DNA of 63,772 bases, the filler included, from Octopus bimaculoides (Eukaryota), in the NCBI RefSeq assembly GCF_001194135.2. It is 5 parts of 4 records of this genome, joined end to end, with 100 filler letters (N's around TTAATTAATTAA, not from the genome) between each part and the next. Parts side by side here need not be neighbours in the genome. Positions count along the whole stretch, not along the records: positions 34,359 to 55,266 come from NC_068989.1; 4 more parts are not named here. The stretch is one strand, 5' to 3'. Shown one piece after another: positions 40,073-51,928 of this stretch. Under the pieces are notes generated by a model. It was not told where the DNA came from. It did not search any database and worked only from the letters and a program-made list of their open reading frames with translations. The position numbers and the translations under genes are program-made. The first letter of the stretch is position 1. Each line of letters opens with the position of its first letter.

Positions 40073-40299
40073 TATATGCGTACATATACATGTATGTGTG
40101 TGTTTGTGTGTACACGGGTGCACACACGTATACTTATGACTAACTTTTTCTCCATGCACTACAACTGTGACATTTAACAAGTTTTATGGATACAGGTTGA
40201 AATTAAAAACTATTGATTTTCTTGTTAAGTGAGGTTATTGTTATCGAGACAGAGGGAGAGAGAGAGAGGGGAGAAACAAGGGAGGGAGATCTCGGGTGA

Positions 40300-40471
40300 T
40301 AGAGTGCAGGAGATATGAAAGGTGACAGAAGAAGTAAAAGGAGAAGATGATCAAAAAGATGAAGAAAATAATGATGATGAAGTGCTAGACAGATGAAGAA
40401 AAAGAAAGGTAAGAGGAAGAAAAAGAAAAAGAAAAAGAAAAAGGAAGGGGCAGAAGTAGTAGTAGTAGTAA

Positions 40472-40519
<48 letters not shown>

Positions 40520-40715
40520 AAGAAGAAGAAGAAGAAGAAGAAGAAAATGGAGGAGGAGGAGGAGGAGAAGAAGAAGTAAAAGGAGGAGGAGGAGGAGAAG
40601 AAAAAGGAGGAGGAGGAGGAGAATGAGGAGAAGAAGGAGGAGAAGAAGGAGAAGAGGAAGAAGAAGAAGAAGAAGAAGAAGAAGAAGAAGAAGAAGAAGA
40701 AGAAGAAGAAGAGAT
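40300..40715. repeat. Segmented purine-rich triplet array (GAA/AGT/GGA)
   Basis: Visible directly. Confidence 0.9.
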
Positions 40716-40759
40716 AAGATGAAGACTTTCTGGTAATGATCCGAAAACGTTACCCACAA

Positions 40760-41110
40760 GGCCATACGCCTCCACTGTTCAAGGTATTTTTAAAGGTTAC
40801 GGCAAAACCCCTCTAATATTCACAAATCTCGATAAGCATTTTCACGATAAACGTCCAAGACCTACCGATCTAAATCATATTAGTAACACAAAGCATCAAA
40901 CAATGAAACATTAGCTACTTAAAGACACCCTTGTCATCTGTCTAACTTCACTAGTACCACATCAGTAGCCTTGCAAAATGTGGGAGCTTTTTCTGTCTCA
41001 CCCTGCATGCAGTAGTCAAGGTTGTTAGTCACTGTAATTCTCACTTGACCCTAATCTGTCACGTTAATCCGTCTCAGTATTGGTTTTACAAATAAACAAT
41101 ATCACATTGA
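40760..41110 (-). mobile_element. Highly decayed RTE LINE fragment
   Basis: ILRRINV / DYCMQ / LMWY / RDL*ILE / EQWRRMA resemble MLRWMCNV / RCGVQERRLRWY / KDLRxLG / LWRYAV. Confidence 0.35.
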
Positions 41111-41662
41111 TGGTTGTGATATTTGCTATTGATGTTGTTGTTCTTAAGACCCAGGAGAGTGCTGATTGAGCAAAATTTCTGGCTACCTTGAGGCTTTCAA
41201 TTTCTGACGACGAATAACTGTGCTGTTGCGACATACTTCATCATGCCTTGGATATTTTAAAACCTGGTAGAGCCTATCGCTATCGCTCACCTGTTCTCAA
41301 CACAGCTGATATCTGAGAGAAAGAGAGGGGGAGGTGGGGGAGAGGTAAGGGAGAGAGAAAAATATGTAAACGAGGAAAAAAAAGGAGAAAAGAAGGGATA
41401 AAAGATAATAATTGTGTTGATAAAGAAAAAAAACCCCAAAACAGGCGAGTGCTAGGGTCAAAAGCGTTCCAGTCGTGACCTTCTTGTTTCCTTTCTCTAC
41501 TTTGTAAAAGAGTAACGAGTAGTCACATTATCGATTGTGAATTTCTTTTAAGATTATAAAAAAAGCGTGTGATTAAAAGGTTGTTATGGCTGTTGCAGTT
41601 ACCATTGATGAAGGCAGCATTCTTAATTGGCCTTAATTAAAGACATTAGTTGTCGAGAAGAA

Positions 41663-41880
41663 GGCGGCGAGTTAGCAGAGTCGTTAACACGCCGGACAAA
41701 ATGCTTAGTAGCAAACTTTTCGTCCGTCTGTATGTTCTGCGCTCAAATTCCCCCGAGGTCGACTTTGCCTTTCATCCTTTCGAGGTCGATAAAATAAGTA
41801 CCACTTGAGCACTGGGGTCGATGTTATCGACTCACCGAGCCCCCCTCCGAAATTGCTGGCCTTGTGCCTAAATTCGGATC
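41663..41880 (+). mobile_element. SINE family A, full-length
   Basis: GGCGGCGAGTTAGCAGAGTCGTTAACACGCCGGAC...GAGGTCGACTTTGCCTTTCATCCTTTCGAGGTCGATAAAATAAGTACC...GGCCTTGTGCC. Confidence 0.9.
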
Positions 41881-42987
41881 CTAATAGAATGTTTGTTATT
41901 CATCATTTACGGATGAACTCGACACGAATGTCTTTTAAAATTGTCATCAAGGAATGAATAAATAAATAAATAAATCGCACCCATTTTCTCAAAACAATAA
42001 GTAAAACGAGCCGAAATAAAAACGGCGGCGGCGGTGGTGGTGATTGTGGTGGTGTGGTGATGTGTTATGGTGTGAGGAGGCAACCAACTCGGGATTCCAA
42101 ATCCTTTTTGCAGTATCATGAAAGCAAATATTTGTGACGTCTGCTTTACGAATAAATGAACCCGCTAGTATTTATAGGGTTTCATGAAGGGCAAATGTCA
42201 CTTTAACTGTTATTTCCGTTCTAATACTTCCGTTAAATCGTTACTGTAAATACCATTATAAACTGACTGTAATTTAACAGGCATTTTTCAACTGCTCTAT
42301 AAACAATAAAATATAATTCAATGTTGACATATACAAGTAAGTGTTACAGACAGCGACGTTCTACTTGTAAAATCTGCAGGCCGGTTTCGATTTCCTATAG
42401 GAATGTTTTCGTTGACGCCCTAATGCTTTTTTTTAATCGTCAAGGCAATGATAATTGTCATCCACATCTCCAACTTTTAAGATACGGTATCTAATCCTTT
42501 CCTTTTCTCACCTTGTACCCTTAACCCATTGATGGAATTACATAAGGGCTCCCGCGATATACGGCGTCTTAAGCATTGGGGTATTTCAAAATCTGGTCCC
42601 TTTTTCTCTAGCTTTTACTACAATTGACATCTGAGAGAGAGAGATGGGATACTTTTTTTTTCGAATCCTGTTTAAAAAATACCTATTTTGTTAATAGAAA
42701 AATTGATATGTCAGTAGAACCATTGTACAGTAAATAGAATGGTAAAGAAGAATGGATTCACAGAATGAATAATACACCACGAACCAGGTTATTTACTGAA
42801 TTAACTGACAACTACACACACATACACATACATCCATACACAACATTTATGCACAACACATAAACAGGCAGCAACAACACACAGACACATACACACAAAC
42901 ACGTACACATACGCAGATAGTAACACACACGCACACACACAAAACAAGCATATGCACAGACACATACATGGGAATGCACATGAATAG

Positions 42988-43049
<62 letters not shown>

Positions 43050-43089
43050 ACACAAATACTGACAGAGACATACACAGCAGCAAAAACAA

Positions 43090-43230
43090 ACAGCAACCAC
43101 AAGAACAACGAGGGAAGGCTTTCTCTAAGAGGTCGGCTGACCGACTTGCTAGAAGTAACAACCAGATCCCCCTTAAATCAAACATCCTGTCTTAGGAAAT
43201 GAAGTAGACCTTGAGTAATGTCGACTTTGA
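43090..43230. mobile_element. Old repeat family E
   Basis: GACCGACTTGCTAGAAGTAACAACCAGATCCCCCTTAAATCAAACATCC. Confidence 0.55.
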
Positions 43231-43299
43231 TAATTACACAATGTCTGAATAAAAGACAGAATGGAGTGTCGGGACTGCGGAGAAGCAGTGGGCTAATCG

Positions 43300-43301
43300 C
43301 C

Positions 43302-43332
<31 letters not shown>

Positions 43333-43735
43333 CCACCACCACCACCACCATCACCACCACCACCACCACTGCCGCCGCCACCACCACCATGATCATCATA
43401 ACCATAGTCATGATCATTATTATCAATTACAATAGCTAACAGCCGTTATAACAACGATAAAAAACCACAACAACGGCAAGACAACGAACCCCGATACTAC
43501 AACCACCACTGCCACCACTACCACCACTACTACCACCACTACTACCACCAATAACAACAACGACAACAATAGCAACAAAAACAACAACGGCAGCAACAGA
43601 ACCAACAACAATGTCTACAATAACAATAATGGCAGAAATACAACAGTAACAACAAAACCCAGTAAAATGATGGCAACAGTAACAACAACAGTGACTACGA
43701 CGACAACAAAAACAACAACACGAACAATTGAAAAA
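43300..43735. repeat. Compound CGA/CCA/CAA triplet field
   Basis: Visible directly. Confidence 0.85.
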
Positions 43736-43779
43736 ACGTGATATAGATTCATAAGACCAATTACACGCTTTCTGTGACG

Positions 43780-43853
<74 letters not shown>

Positions 43854-44039
43854 ACAAATAATAAATGAGTATAAGCATATATACGTACAGGTATGTGCAT
43901 ACCTACGTCTACCTGTATATATAGGTGCATATCTGGGTACAGGACATTGCAAACAAAACGTAGACAAAAAAATAATAATAACCAGAGTACAGAAAACACA
44001 CAGACCACATAGAGAACATTTTCCTTCATCAGCTACCCC

Positions 44040-44310
44040 CATTCTAACAGGCGTTTCGAAGAGTTAGGACAGGACGCATCGTTAAAATGACTCTTCCCAC
44101 GGACCGCAAATTAAATTATATATATACCCCCACCACATTTCCTGAACAAGGCGCTGCTTCGTCGAAGGAGTTAGTTGCTTTTGTCAGGTGAGTGAACTAG
44201 AACAATGTGAAGTGAAGTGTTTTGCTTAAGAACACAACGCGTCACCCGGTCCAGGAATCGAAACCACAATCGTTCTTTCGTAAGTTGTGCACCGCAACCA
44301 CTAAACCGGA
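44040..44310 (-). mobile_element. SINE family C
   Basis: GTGAAGTGTTTTGCTTAAGAACACAACGCGTCACCCGGTCCAGGAATCGAAACCACAATC = reverse complement of the 60905 head. Confidence 0.8.
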
Positions 44311-44848
44311 AATAGTGCAGTGAGCGTCTATTGTGGCTCCTTCTTTTTGAGTTTTTTTTTGGGGATCCACATACTGAACAGTCAGCTGTTTTTAAGCTGG
44401 TCAAAACTAGAAGATGCACACACACACACACACACACACATACACACACACACACACACATATACACACACGCGCGCGCGTGCGCATGAAGACACATTTA
44501 CACACATGCAGATGCACGTGATTTCATTCGTCCACATATACACTCACATATATTACGTATGAAACATAAAGCACCAACTTGGCGAAATGCGCAGAATCCA
44601 CACTCACACGCGCACGCACCCTCTCATTTTTTGCACACACACACAAGTACACACTTAAACATGCGCTAATAGTTACACACACACACTCGCGGAACAAGCA
44701 CAAACTTATACACACAGAACAAGCACAAACTTATACACACAGACGCACGCATGCATGCACTCACACACACACACAAATATACACATGCACACACATGTAC
44801 ACACACATACACCTACACACACATACAAACATATACAAAAGATACACT

Positions 44849-44948
44849 CACACACATACTCTCTCTCACACATATACTCTCTCTCACACACATACTCTCT
44901 CTCACACACATACTCTCTCTCACACACATACTCTCTCTCACACACATA
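44849..44948. repeat. 18-bp minisatellite (CACACATACTCTCTCTCA) x about 5
   Basis: Visible directly. Confidence 0.85.
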
Positions 44949-44954
44949 TAGTGG

Positions 44955-45120
44955 TGGGTCTTCATCGTTCGATGAAGATTCAATTGTTTGATCAAGTGAA
45001 TTACCCCACTTCTAAATTGAAGCCTAAGTGACTGTGTATTCCATAGACACACCGTTATTAATTAATTTTTCGACAGAATCAGCGTGATTTTAAATTACAG
45101 GTACAATCCACCTGACGGGC
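44955..45120 (-). mobile_element. Decayed SINE family D
   Basis: TTCCATAGACAC...AGAATCAGCGTG...AATTACAGGTACAATCCAC; matches 49000-49095. Confidence 0.5.
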
Positions 45121-45324
45121 TTCAATGCAGAGTCCGTCCACCCAACTTCTCTCACAAATTATAGATCTATGAAAAGAGAAAAAAAAAAAAAAGCGTAAAA
45201 ATAGCGAAATGGCTCTCTGTGGGTCTCTGGGTTCTGACGATGAATATTCCCGGGTTAGATCCGCTAAACTTGCCAGTTTCATGTAATTTTAGCGAAACTG
45301 GCTGAGAATTCCGCATATATTATT

Positions 45325-45686
45325 CTTTTTTTTTAATCTTTTACTTGTTTCAATCATTTGACTGCGGCCATGCTAGAGCACTGCCTTGAAGGGTTTTAGT
45401 TGAACAAATCGACCCCAAGAGTTATTTCTTTTGCCGAACCGCTAAATTACGGGGACGTACGCATACCAACACGAGTTGTCAAGCGGTGAGGTAGGGTGGG
45501 GTGGTGAAAACACAGGCACAAAGACATACACACACACACACACACATAGATATATGCATACATACAAAGCTGTCTACCAAATCCATTCACAAGGCTTTGC
45601 TCGGCCCGAGGTTACACTAGAAAACATTTACCCAAGGTGCCACGCAGTGGGACTGAACCTGGAACTATGAGGTTAGGAAGCAAGCT
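45325..45686 (-). mobile_element. SINE family B, full-length
   Basis: TTTTACTTGTTTCAATCATTTGACTGCGGCCATGCTAG...TTTGCCGAACCGCTAA...ACAAGGCTTTGCTCGGCCCGAGG...CCAAGGTGCCACGCAGTGGGACTGAACC. Confidence 0.9.
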
Positions 45687-45854
45687 AAGCGAATTTAGAA
45701 TAACGCAATACGTGACAAAGGTATATTTTTTGAATTGCAGATACAATCCCTCCGATAGACTAGCACAAATTATTATCTGCGTTGTTTAATTCACAAGGCT
45801 CGAGTAGAACTTACTCAAAGTGTGATGATTGCAAAACGAACTTTTACGTACATA

Positions 45855-46072
45855 CGAAGGGGTGCTGAAAAGTTTCTGACTTTAAGGGTATCGCGAAAGG
45901 CTTGGTTGGAGACCTAACGTTTCGAGTTCTTTTACAGGGGCTTAGAAAAACTGAAGGACCGCTGTAATAAGTGTGTGAATCTGGAAGGGGAATATGTTGA
46001 ATAAAATCATAATTAACTGATCCTCCTGTATTTTCTTTTACCCACAGCCAGGAACTTTTCAGCACACCCTCG
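45855..46072 (+). mobile_element. Mariner-derived MITE
   Basis: TIRs CGAAGGGGTGCTGAAAAGTTTCTGACT / AGCCAGGAACTTTTCAGCACACCCTCG; internal GLEKLKDRCNKCVNLEGEYVE* is a mariner C-terminus; TA on the left flank. Confidence 0.9.
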
Positions 46073-46179
46073 CATATACATCACATATACATGTATAAAG
46101 TCATACATACATACATACATGACGACCGCTCCATCTTGACGGACGATAGCCATCCCATCAACAATCCACACATATCATC

Positions 46180-46385
46180 ACGCAGTACAATCACACCGTT
46201 GGTGAGCCCTCAAGTGACTTTGAAGTCCGGCTGCTGAGCGACAAGGTCTACAGCACAGATGACAAATGTTCAAGCCTCTTGATCCTTGCTCGCTGGTATC
46301 TGATTCTAAGGAAACGCTTCTGTGAACCAGCATATGTCTCTTAAGTCCGGGTATTGTTTTACAAACCTTGTGACATATGCCACAC
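46180..46385 (-). mobile_element. Probable RTE-type LINE 3' end encoding two C2H2-type zinc fingers
   Basis: CGICHKVCKTIPGLKRHMLVH and CHLCCRPCRSAAGLQSHLRAH; no TGEKP linker; reads out of a (TATG)n tract on the minus strand. Confidence 0.55.
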
Positions 46386-46394
46386 ATACATACA

Positions 46395-46428
<34 letters not shown>

Positions 46429-46588
46429 CATGCATGCATACATGCATATGTACCTCTACTAATCACGCACCTTGTGATCCTCTCGTCACCTTTGTTACAT
46501 CATGGCCCAAGTCCGCACCATCCCGAACCCCAGAGCATCAACTCTTGGGAATCTTATTCCAGCTTATCTCATTCTTGCAGATGTGGAA

Positions 46589-46997
46589 GGCGACGAGCTG
46601 GGAGACACGTTAGCACGCCGGGCAAAATGCTTAGCGGTATTTCGTCTGTCTTTATGCTCTGAGTTCAAATTCCGCCGAGGTCGACTTTGCCTTTCATCCT
46701 TTCAGGGTCGATAAATTAAGCACCAGTTACGCACTTTGTCTGTCCTTGTTTGTCTTTTCGATGTTTAGCCCCTTGTGGGCAATAAAGATATAAGAAACGT
46801 TTGCCTGCCGTGCGAAATGCTTAGCGGTATTTCGTCTGTCTTTCTGTCTCTATGCTCTGAGTTCAAATTCCGCCGAGGTCGATTTTGCCTTTCATCCTTT
46901 CGGGATCGATAAAATAAGTATTAGTTGCGTACTGGCATCGATGTAATCGACTGGGCCCCTCCCTCAAAATTTCGGGCCTTGTGCTTAGAGTAGAAAA
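46589..46997 (+). mobile_element. Dimeric SINE family A
   Basis: Two tandem bodies AAATGCTTAGCGGTATTTCGTCTGTC...GAGTTCAAATTCCGCCGAGGTCGA joined by a spacer of about 70 bp. Confidence 0.85.
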
Positions 46998-47660
46998 CAT
47001 TCCTGCAGATATGGATCTGCAAGAGTTTAAGCAGAACATTAACGGTATCAAACGCACCGGTCTTGGAGAGTTTGCAAATGTCATGGACACTGCCCTGACT
47101 CAGCAAGTAAAAAAAATGTCCCTNNNNNNNNNNNNNNNNNNNNNNNNNNNNNNNNNNNNNNNNNNNNNNNNNNNNNNNNNNNNNNNNNNNNNNNNNNNNN
47201 NNNNNNNNNNNNNNNNNNNNNNNNNNNNNNNNNNNNNNNNNNNNNNNNNNNNNNNNNNNNNNNNNNNNNNNNNNNNNNNNNNNNNNNNNNNNNNNNNNNN
47301 NNNNNNNNNNNNNNNNNNNNNNNNNNNNNNNNNNNNNNNNNNNNNNNNNNNNNNNNNNNNNNNNNNNNNNNNNNNNNNNNNNNNNNNNNNNNNNNNNNNN
47401 NNNNNNNNNNNNNNNNNNNNNNNNNNNNNNNNNNNNNNNNNNNNNNNNNNNNNNNNNNNNNNNNNNNNNNNNNNNNNNNNNNNNNNNNNNNNNNNNNNNN
47501 NNNNNNNNNNNNNNNNNNNNNNNNNNNNNNNNNNNNNNNNNNNNNNNNNNNNNNNNNNNNNNNNNNNNNNNNNNNNNNNNNNNNNNNNNNNNNNNNNNNN
47601 NNNNNNNNNNNNNNNNNNNNNNNNNNNNNNNNNNNNNNNNNNNNNNNNNNNNNNNNNNNN

Positions 47661-47718
<58 letters not shown>

Positions 47719-48069
47719 ATGTGTGTGTATGCATAGAGTGGCATGATGCATTGTATATCGTGTCAGTTAGTGATCGGAGTCGTCTATCAATCAATAATTA
47801 GATCTATTCAATGCTGACACCCCCGCAAATCTAGATTAGCATTGTCGGTAACTAAGGGTAACATACTTTGATAATATAGAATACACTGTCCTACCCAGGG
47901 ATATAACCAAATACTTAAAAGAATTTTGAACTCATGAACACTGAACACTGAACTCATGAACACTGAAGTGGTATTGTAGTACAATACCACTTAACCTTCT
48001 CCCCTTCTCTCCCTCCCTCCCTTCCTCCCTCCCTGCTTCTCTCCATCCCAGCTCTCTCTTCTCTACATC

Positions 48070-48270
48070 CAGTCGCTCGAGCAAACAAGAGACGCCTCTA
48101 ACTGGTCATTCGACATGTTAGAAATAACAGTTAAATTTTCAACAAACTTTTCCCTCTACCGTTTTAAAACAAGAGTGAAAACAAGATAGTGCGTATATAT
48201 TTTGGATGCGATATGTCTGGAATGTTTTTGATCGCAGGTCAGCTTCATCACGACTGACCTGGTGTTAAAC
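48070..48270. mobile_element. Old repeat family E, best-preserved copy
   Basis: GAGACGCCTCTAACTGGTCATTCGACATGTTAGAAATAACAGTTAAAT...GGAATGTTTTTGATCGCAGGTCAGC...GACCTGGTGTTAAAC. Confidence 0.6.
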
Positions 48271-48570
48271 AGCAACAACCACCACCACCACCACCACCAC
48301 CACCACAACCACCACCACCACCNNNNNNNNNNNNNNNNNNNNNNNNNNNNNNNNNNNNNNNNNNNNNNNNNNNNNNNNNNNNNNNNNNNNNNNNNNNNNN
48401 NNNNNNNNNNNNNNNNNNNNNNNNNNNNNNNNNNNNNNNNNNNNNNNNNNNNNNNNNNNNNNCAAACCATCTACCAGTTCTCTCGTCCGTCTCTCAATCG
48501 ACCTCCACAATCCTTCTATCTTTCACACCATCCACACACATACATTCACCTACACACACACACACACACA

Positions 48571-48612
<42 letters not shown>

Positions 48613-48872
48613 TATATTTCCCCTTCTCTCTCTGCGATTCACACACACACACACACGCACTCTCTCTCTCTCTCACACACACACATATATTTCCCCTTCT
48701 CCCTCTGTGACTCACGCACACACATACACACACTCACGCACACATACACACTATTTCTCCCTCTCTGTGTTTCTTTTTTAATCTCTCTCGAAGAAAATTC
48801 AGTTGTATTTGTGGTGGATGTCGATATTTAACACCACGTCAGTCCTGGTTGAGCAGACATGTGACTAACATT

Positions 48873-48904
<32 letters not shown>

Positions 48905-49095
48905 TGCTCCTTCGGTTTTGGCAACGAGTTTTCAATTGCGCGATCTACTGAATTTACCTGTTCATCTAATTAACGTGTAACTAGTCACCGAGGATTCCAC
49001 AGACACGTGTACCTTTAATGTGGTTCTCAGGAAGAATCAGCGTCACACAGTATATGACAACCCTACACCTTTTGAATTACAAGTACAATCCAGCC
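48905..49095 (-). mobile_element. SINE family D
   Basis: CCACAGACACGTGTACCTTTAATGTGGTTCTCAGG...GAATTACAAGTACAATCC; reverse complement of the 61350-61520 body. Confidence 0.7.
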
Positions 49096-49697
49096 ACCGG
49101 GCTTTTCTACATGCTCCATCATATGTACGTGTGTGTGTTCATATGCATGTATATATATACATACACATGTATATGCACATATGTATACATGCGCGCGCAT
49201 GTGTATATGTGCATCTGTGATAGTAAAATAGCGACATTAGAGTACGTTTTTTTTTTACAAATTATATAGACGTAAACATATTCAACAGTTAATATTTCGG
49301 TATCACAAACGCCATAGTCATAGCTTATAGACAACAGATAAGAGAAAGGAGGAAAGTAATAAATTATAACATAGTATTAGATAGAATGCTTCCGACTAGC
49401 CTATGTCGTATTTCTGTCTGTAGATTCACGTAACACTAAAACGGTCAAACAGGATCTCATTCAGAATATTCCTACAAAGACATTTCCGCGCGAATTCCAC
49501 GTGTATTAATATGTGTCAGCCGTGTATGCATGCTTGCATGTATGTATGTATGTATGTATGTATGTATGTATGTATGTGCGTGTGTGTGTGGATGTGTGTA
49601 TTAGTATTCATATATATATGTATATATAGGTACATGTATATATATATATATATATGCTGGTGTGTATGTATGTATATATGTATGTGCGCGCGCGCGT

Positions 49698-49736
<39 letters not shown>

Positions 49737-49911
49737 AGGGTACATGGGTTGGTGGTTATGGTGTTGCACTCACAATCGCGAGACCGCAGTTTCGGTTCCT
49801 GAATCGAGTAGTGTTCTGTAGCGTTGTGTTCTGGAATGTCACGTTGCTCTGTGGTCAACTTCACCGCCTGATGTGTTGCACGCCGTGCTCCTGTTTATGC
49901 AAAGTCGATTT

Positions 49912-49953
<42 letters not shown>

Positions 49954-50060
49954 TAATGTACAGCACATACATTTGATCACTATAAACAAATCATCTTTCC
50001 AGATTGTTCAGCAAGAGATTACAGAACCGTCCTTCTCGGACCACGAGAGAATGCCATCAT
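49737..50060 (+). mobile_element. Decayed SINE (family C/D type) interrupted by (GA)n
   Basis: tRNA-like head GGTTGGTGGTTATGGTG...GTTTCGGTTCCTGAA, TCACGTTGCTCTG; tail resembling CCCTCGTCGT...GAGTGCC. Confidence 0.5.
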
Positions 50061-50400
50061 ACATGCATACATGCATGCGTGTGTATGTGTGTGTGTGTGT
50101 AGAGAGAGAAAGGATAGATAGATAGATAGATAGATAGATAAGGTATGTGGCTGTATTAACTCTTTACTTTGTTTAAATCCACACTCATTCCTGATCCAGC
50201 GGAAGAACTGTGACCAAGATCCTATTTGCATGACCCAGAGCCCTTGCCACGGTGGCTGTACGTTTTAGAAACAGCAGCAAAATCTCCGTTAAATCGCATC
50301 CTTCCACCGTTTAGCTGTATTTAGTGATGTACAACTGTACACAATTAGAATCTCAGCGGAGTACCCCCCTCTGTCAGCAACACTTTCACATTTATATTTC

Positions 50401-50437
<37 letters not shown>

Positions 50438-50635
50438 CCTCTGTCCATCAGTTCTCTCTTCGCTCATTCCTAGCACTTTCTTCTTTCTTTGTTTTGTTTG
50501 TTGTTTTAGTCTGTCTATGGTTTGTTTCTTGTTTCTATAAGAATATGAAAATCACACACATGTACTGCACACACAGATGCACATGCACGCGCACACACAC
50601 ACACACGCACAACTTAGCCATATGTATGTTTGTGA

Positions 50636-50676
<41 letters not shown>

Positions 50677-50922
50677 TATGTGTATGTGCGTATACATATA
50701 CTTACACATCTATCTATCTATCTATCTATCTATCTATTTATGCTTAAATATGTGTGTGTGTATGTGTGTGTGCGTGTTCGTGATTGCGAACATGTCCATC
50801 CAAATAACTCGAAAGTGATTCTCCACACCGTGCCATCCATGCCAAACCACACCTCGCCTCAACACAACATTAGTTATTGAGATAACATTTAAACCGTTCT
50901 TATATTTTGCGATATTATTGTA

Positions 50923-50977
<55 letters not shown>

Positions 50978-51071
50978 TACCAAGACCATCACTACCGCCA
51001 TCATCATCATCGTCATCATCCTCATCATCATCTTCATCATCATGTTATCTTTTACTCCAACCTCTGTTTAT

Positions 51072-51123
<52 letters not shown>

Positions 51124-51892
51124 GCACAATACTTGTACAATAATACCCCACCTCATCACCCATATACTTCTACATATGTTACGAGAAACAAAACAATAGA
51201 AACAAATACNNNNNNNNNNNNNNNNNNNNNNNNNNNNNNNNNNNNNNNNNNNNNNNNNNNNNNNNNNNNNNNNNNNNNNNNNNNNNNNNNNNNNNNNNNN
51301 NNNNNNNNNNNNNNNNNNNNNNNNNNNNNNNNNNNNNNNNNNNNNNNNNNNNNNNNNNNNNNNNNNNNNNNNNNNNNNNNNNNNNNNNNNNNNNNNNNNN
51401 NNNNNNNNNNNNNNNNNNNNNNNNNNNNNNNNNNNNNNNNNNNNNNNNNNNNNNNNNNNNNNNNNNNNNNNNNNNNNNNNNNNNNNNNNNNNNNNNNNNN
51501 NNNNNNNNNNNNNNNNNNNNNNNNNNNNNNNNNNNNNNNNNNNNNNNNNNNNNNNNNNNNNNNNNNNNNNNNNNNNNNNNNNNNNNNNNNNNNNNNNNNN
51601 NNNNNNNNNNNNNNNNNNNNNNNNNNNNNNNNNNNNNNNNNNNNNNNNNNNNNNNNNNNNNNNNNNNNNNNNNNNNNNNNNNNNNNNNNNNNNNNNNNNN
51701 NNNNNNNNNNNNNNNNNNNNNNNNNNNNNNNNNNNNNNNNNNNNNNNNNNNNNNNNNNNNNNNNNNNNNNNNNNNNNNNNNNNNNNNNNNNNNNNNNNNN
51801 NNNNNNNNNNNNNNNNNNNNNNNNNNNNNNNNNNNNNNNNNNNNNNNNNNNNNNNNNNNNNNNNNNNNNNNNNNNNNNNNNNNNNNNNNNNN

Positions 51893-51928
<36 letters not shown>

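Noticed and set aside
44849-44948. CRISPR-like array
   Set aside because: Eukaryotic context; units are contiguous with no unique spacers.
46178-46447. Host C2H2 zinc-finger gene
   Set aside because: Only two fingers, no TGEKP linkers, the start lies in a (TATG)n repeat and the pattern fits RTE C-termini; kept only as a finding.
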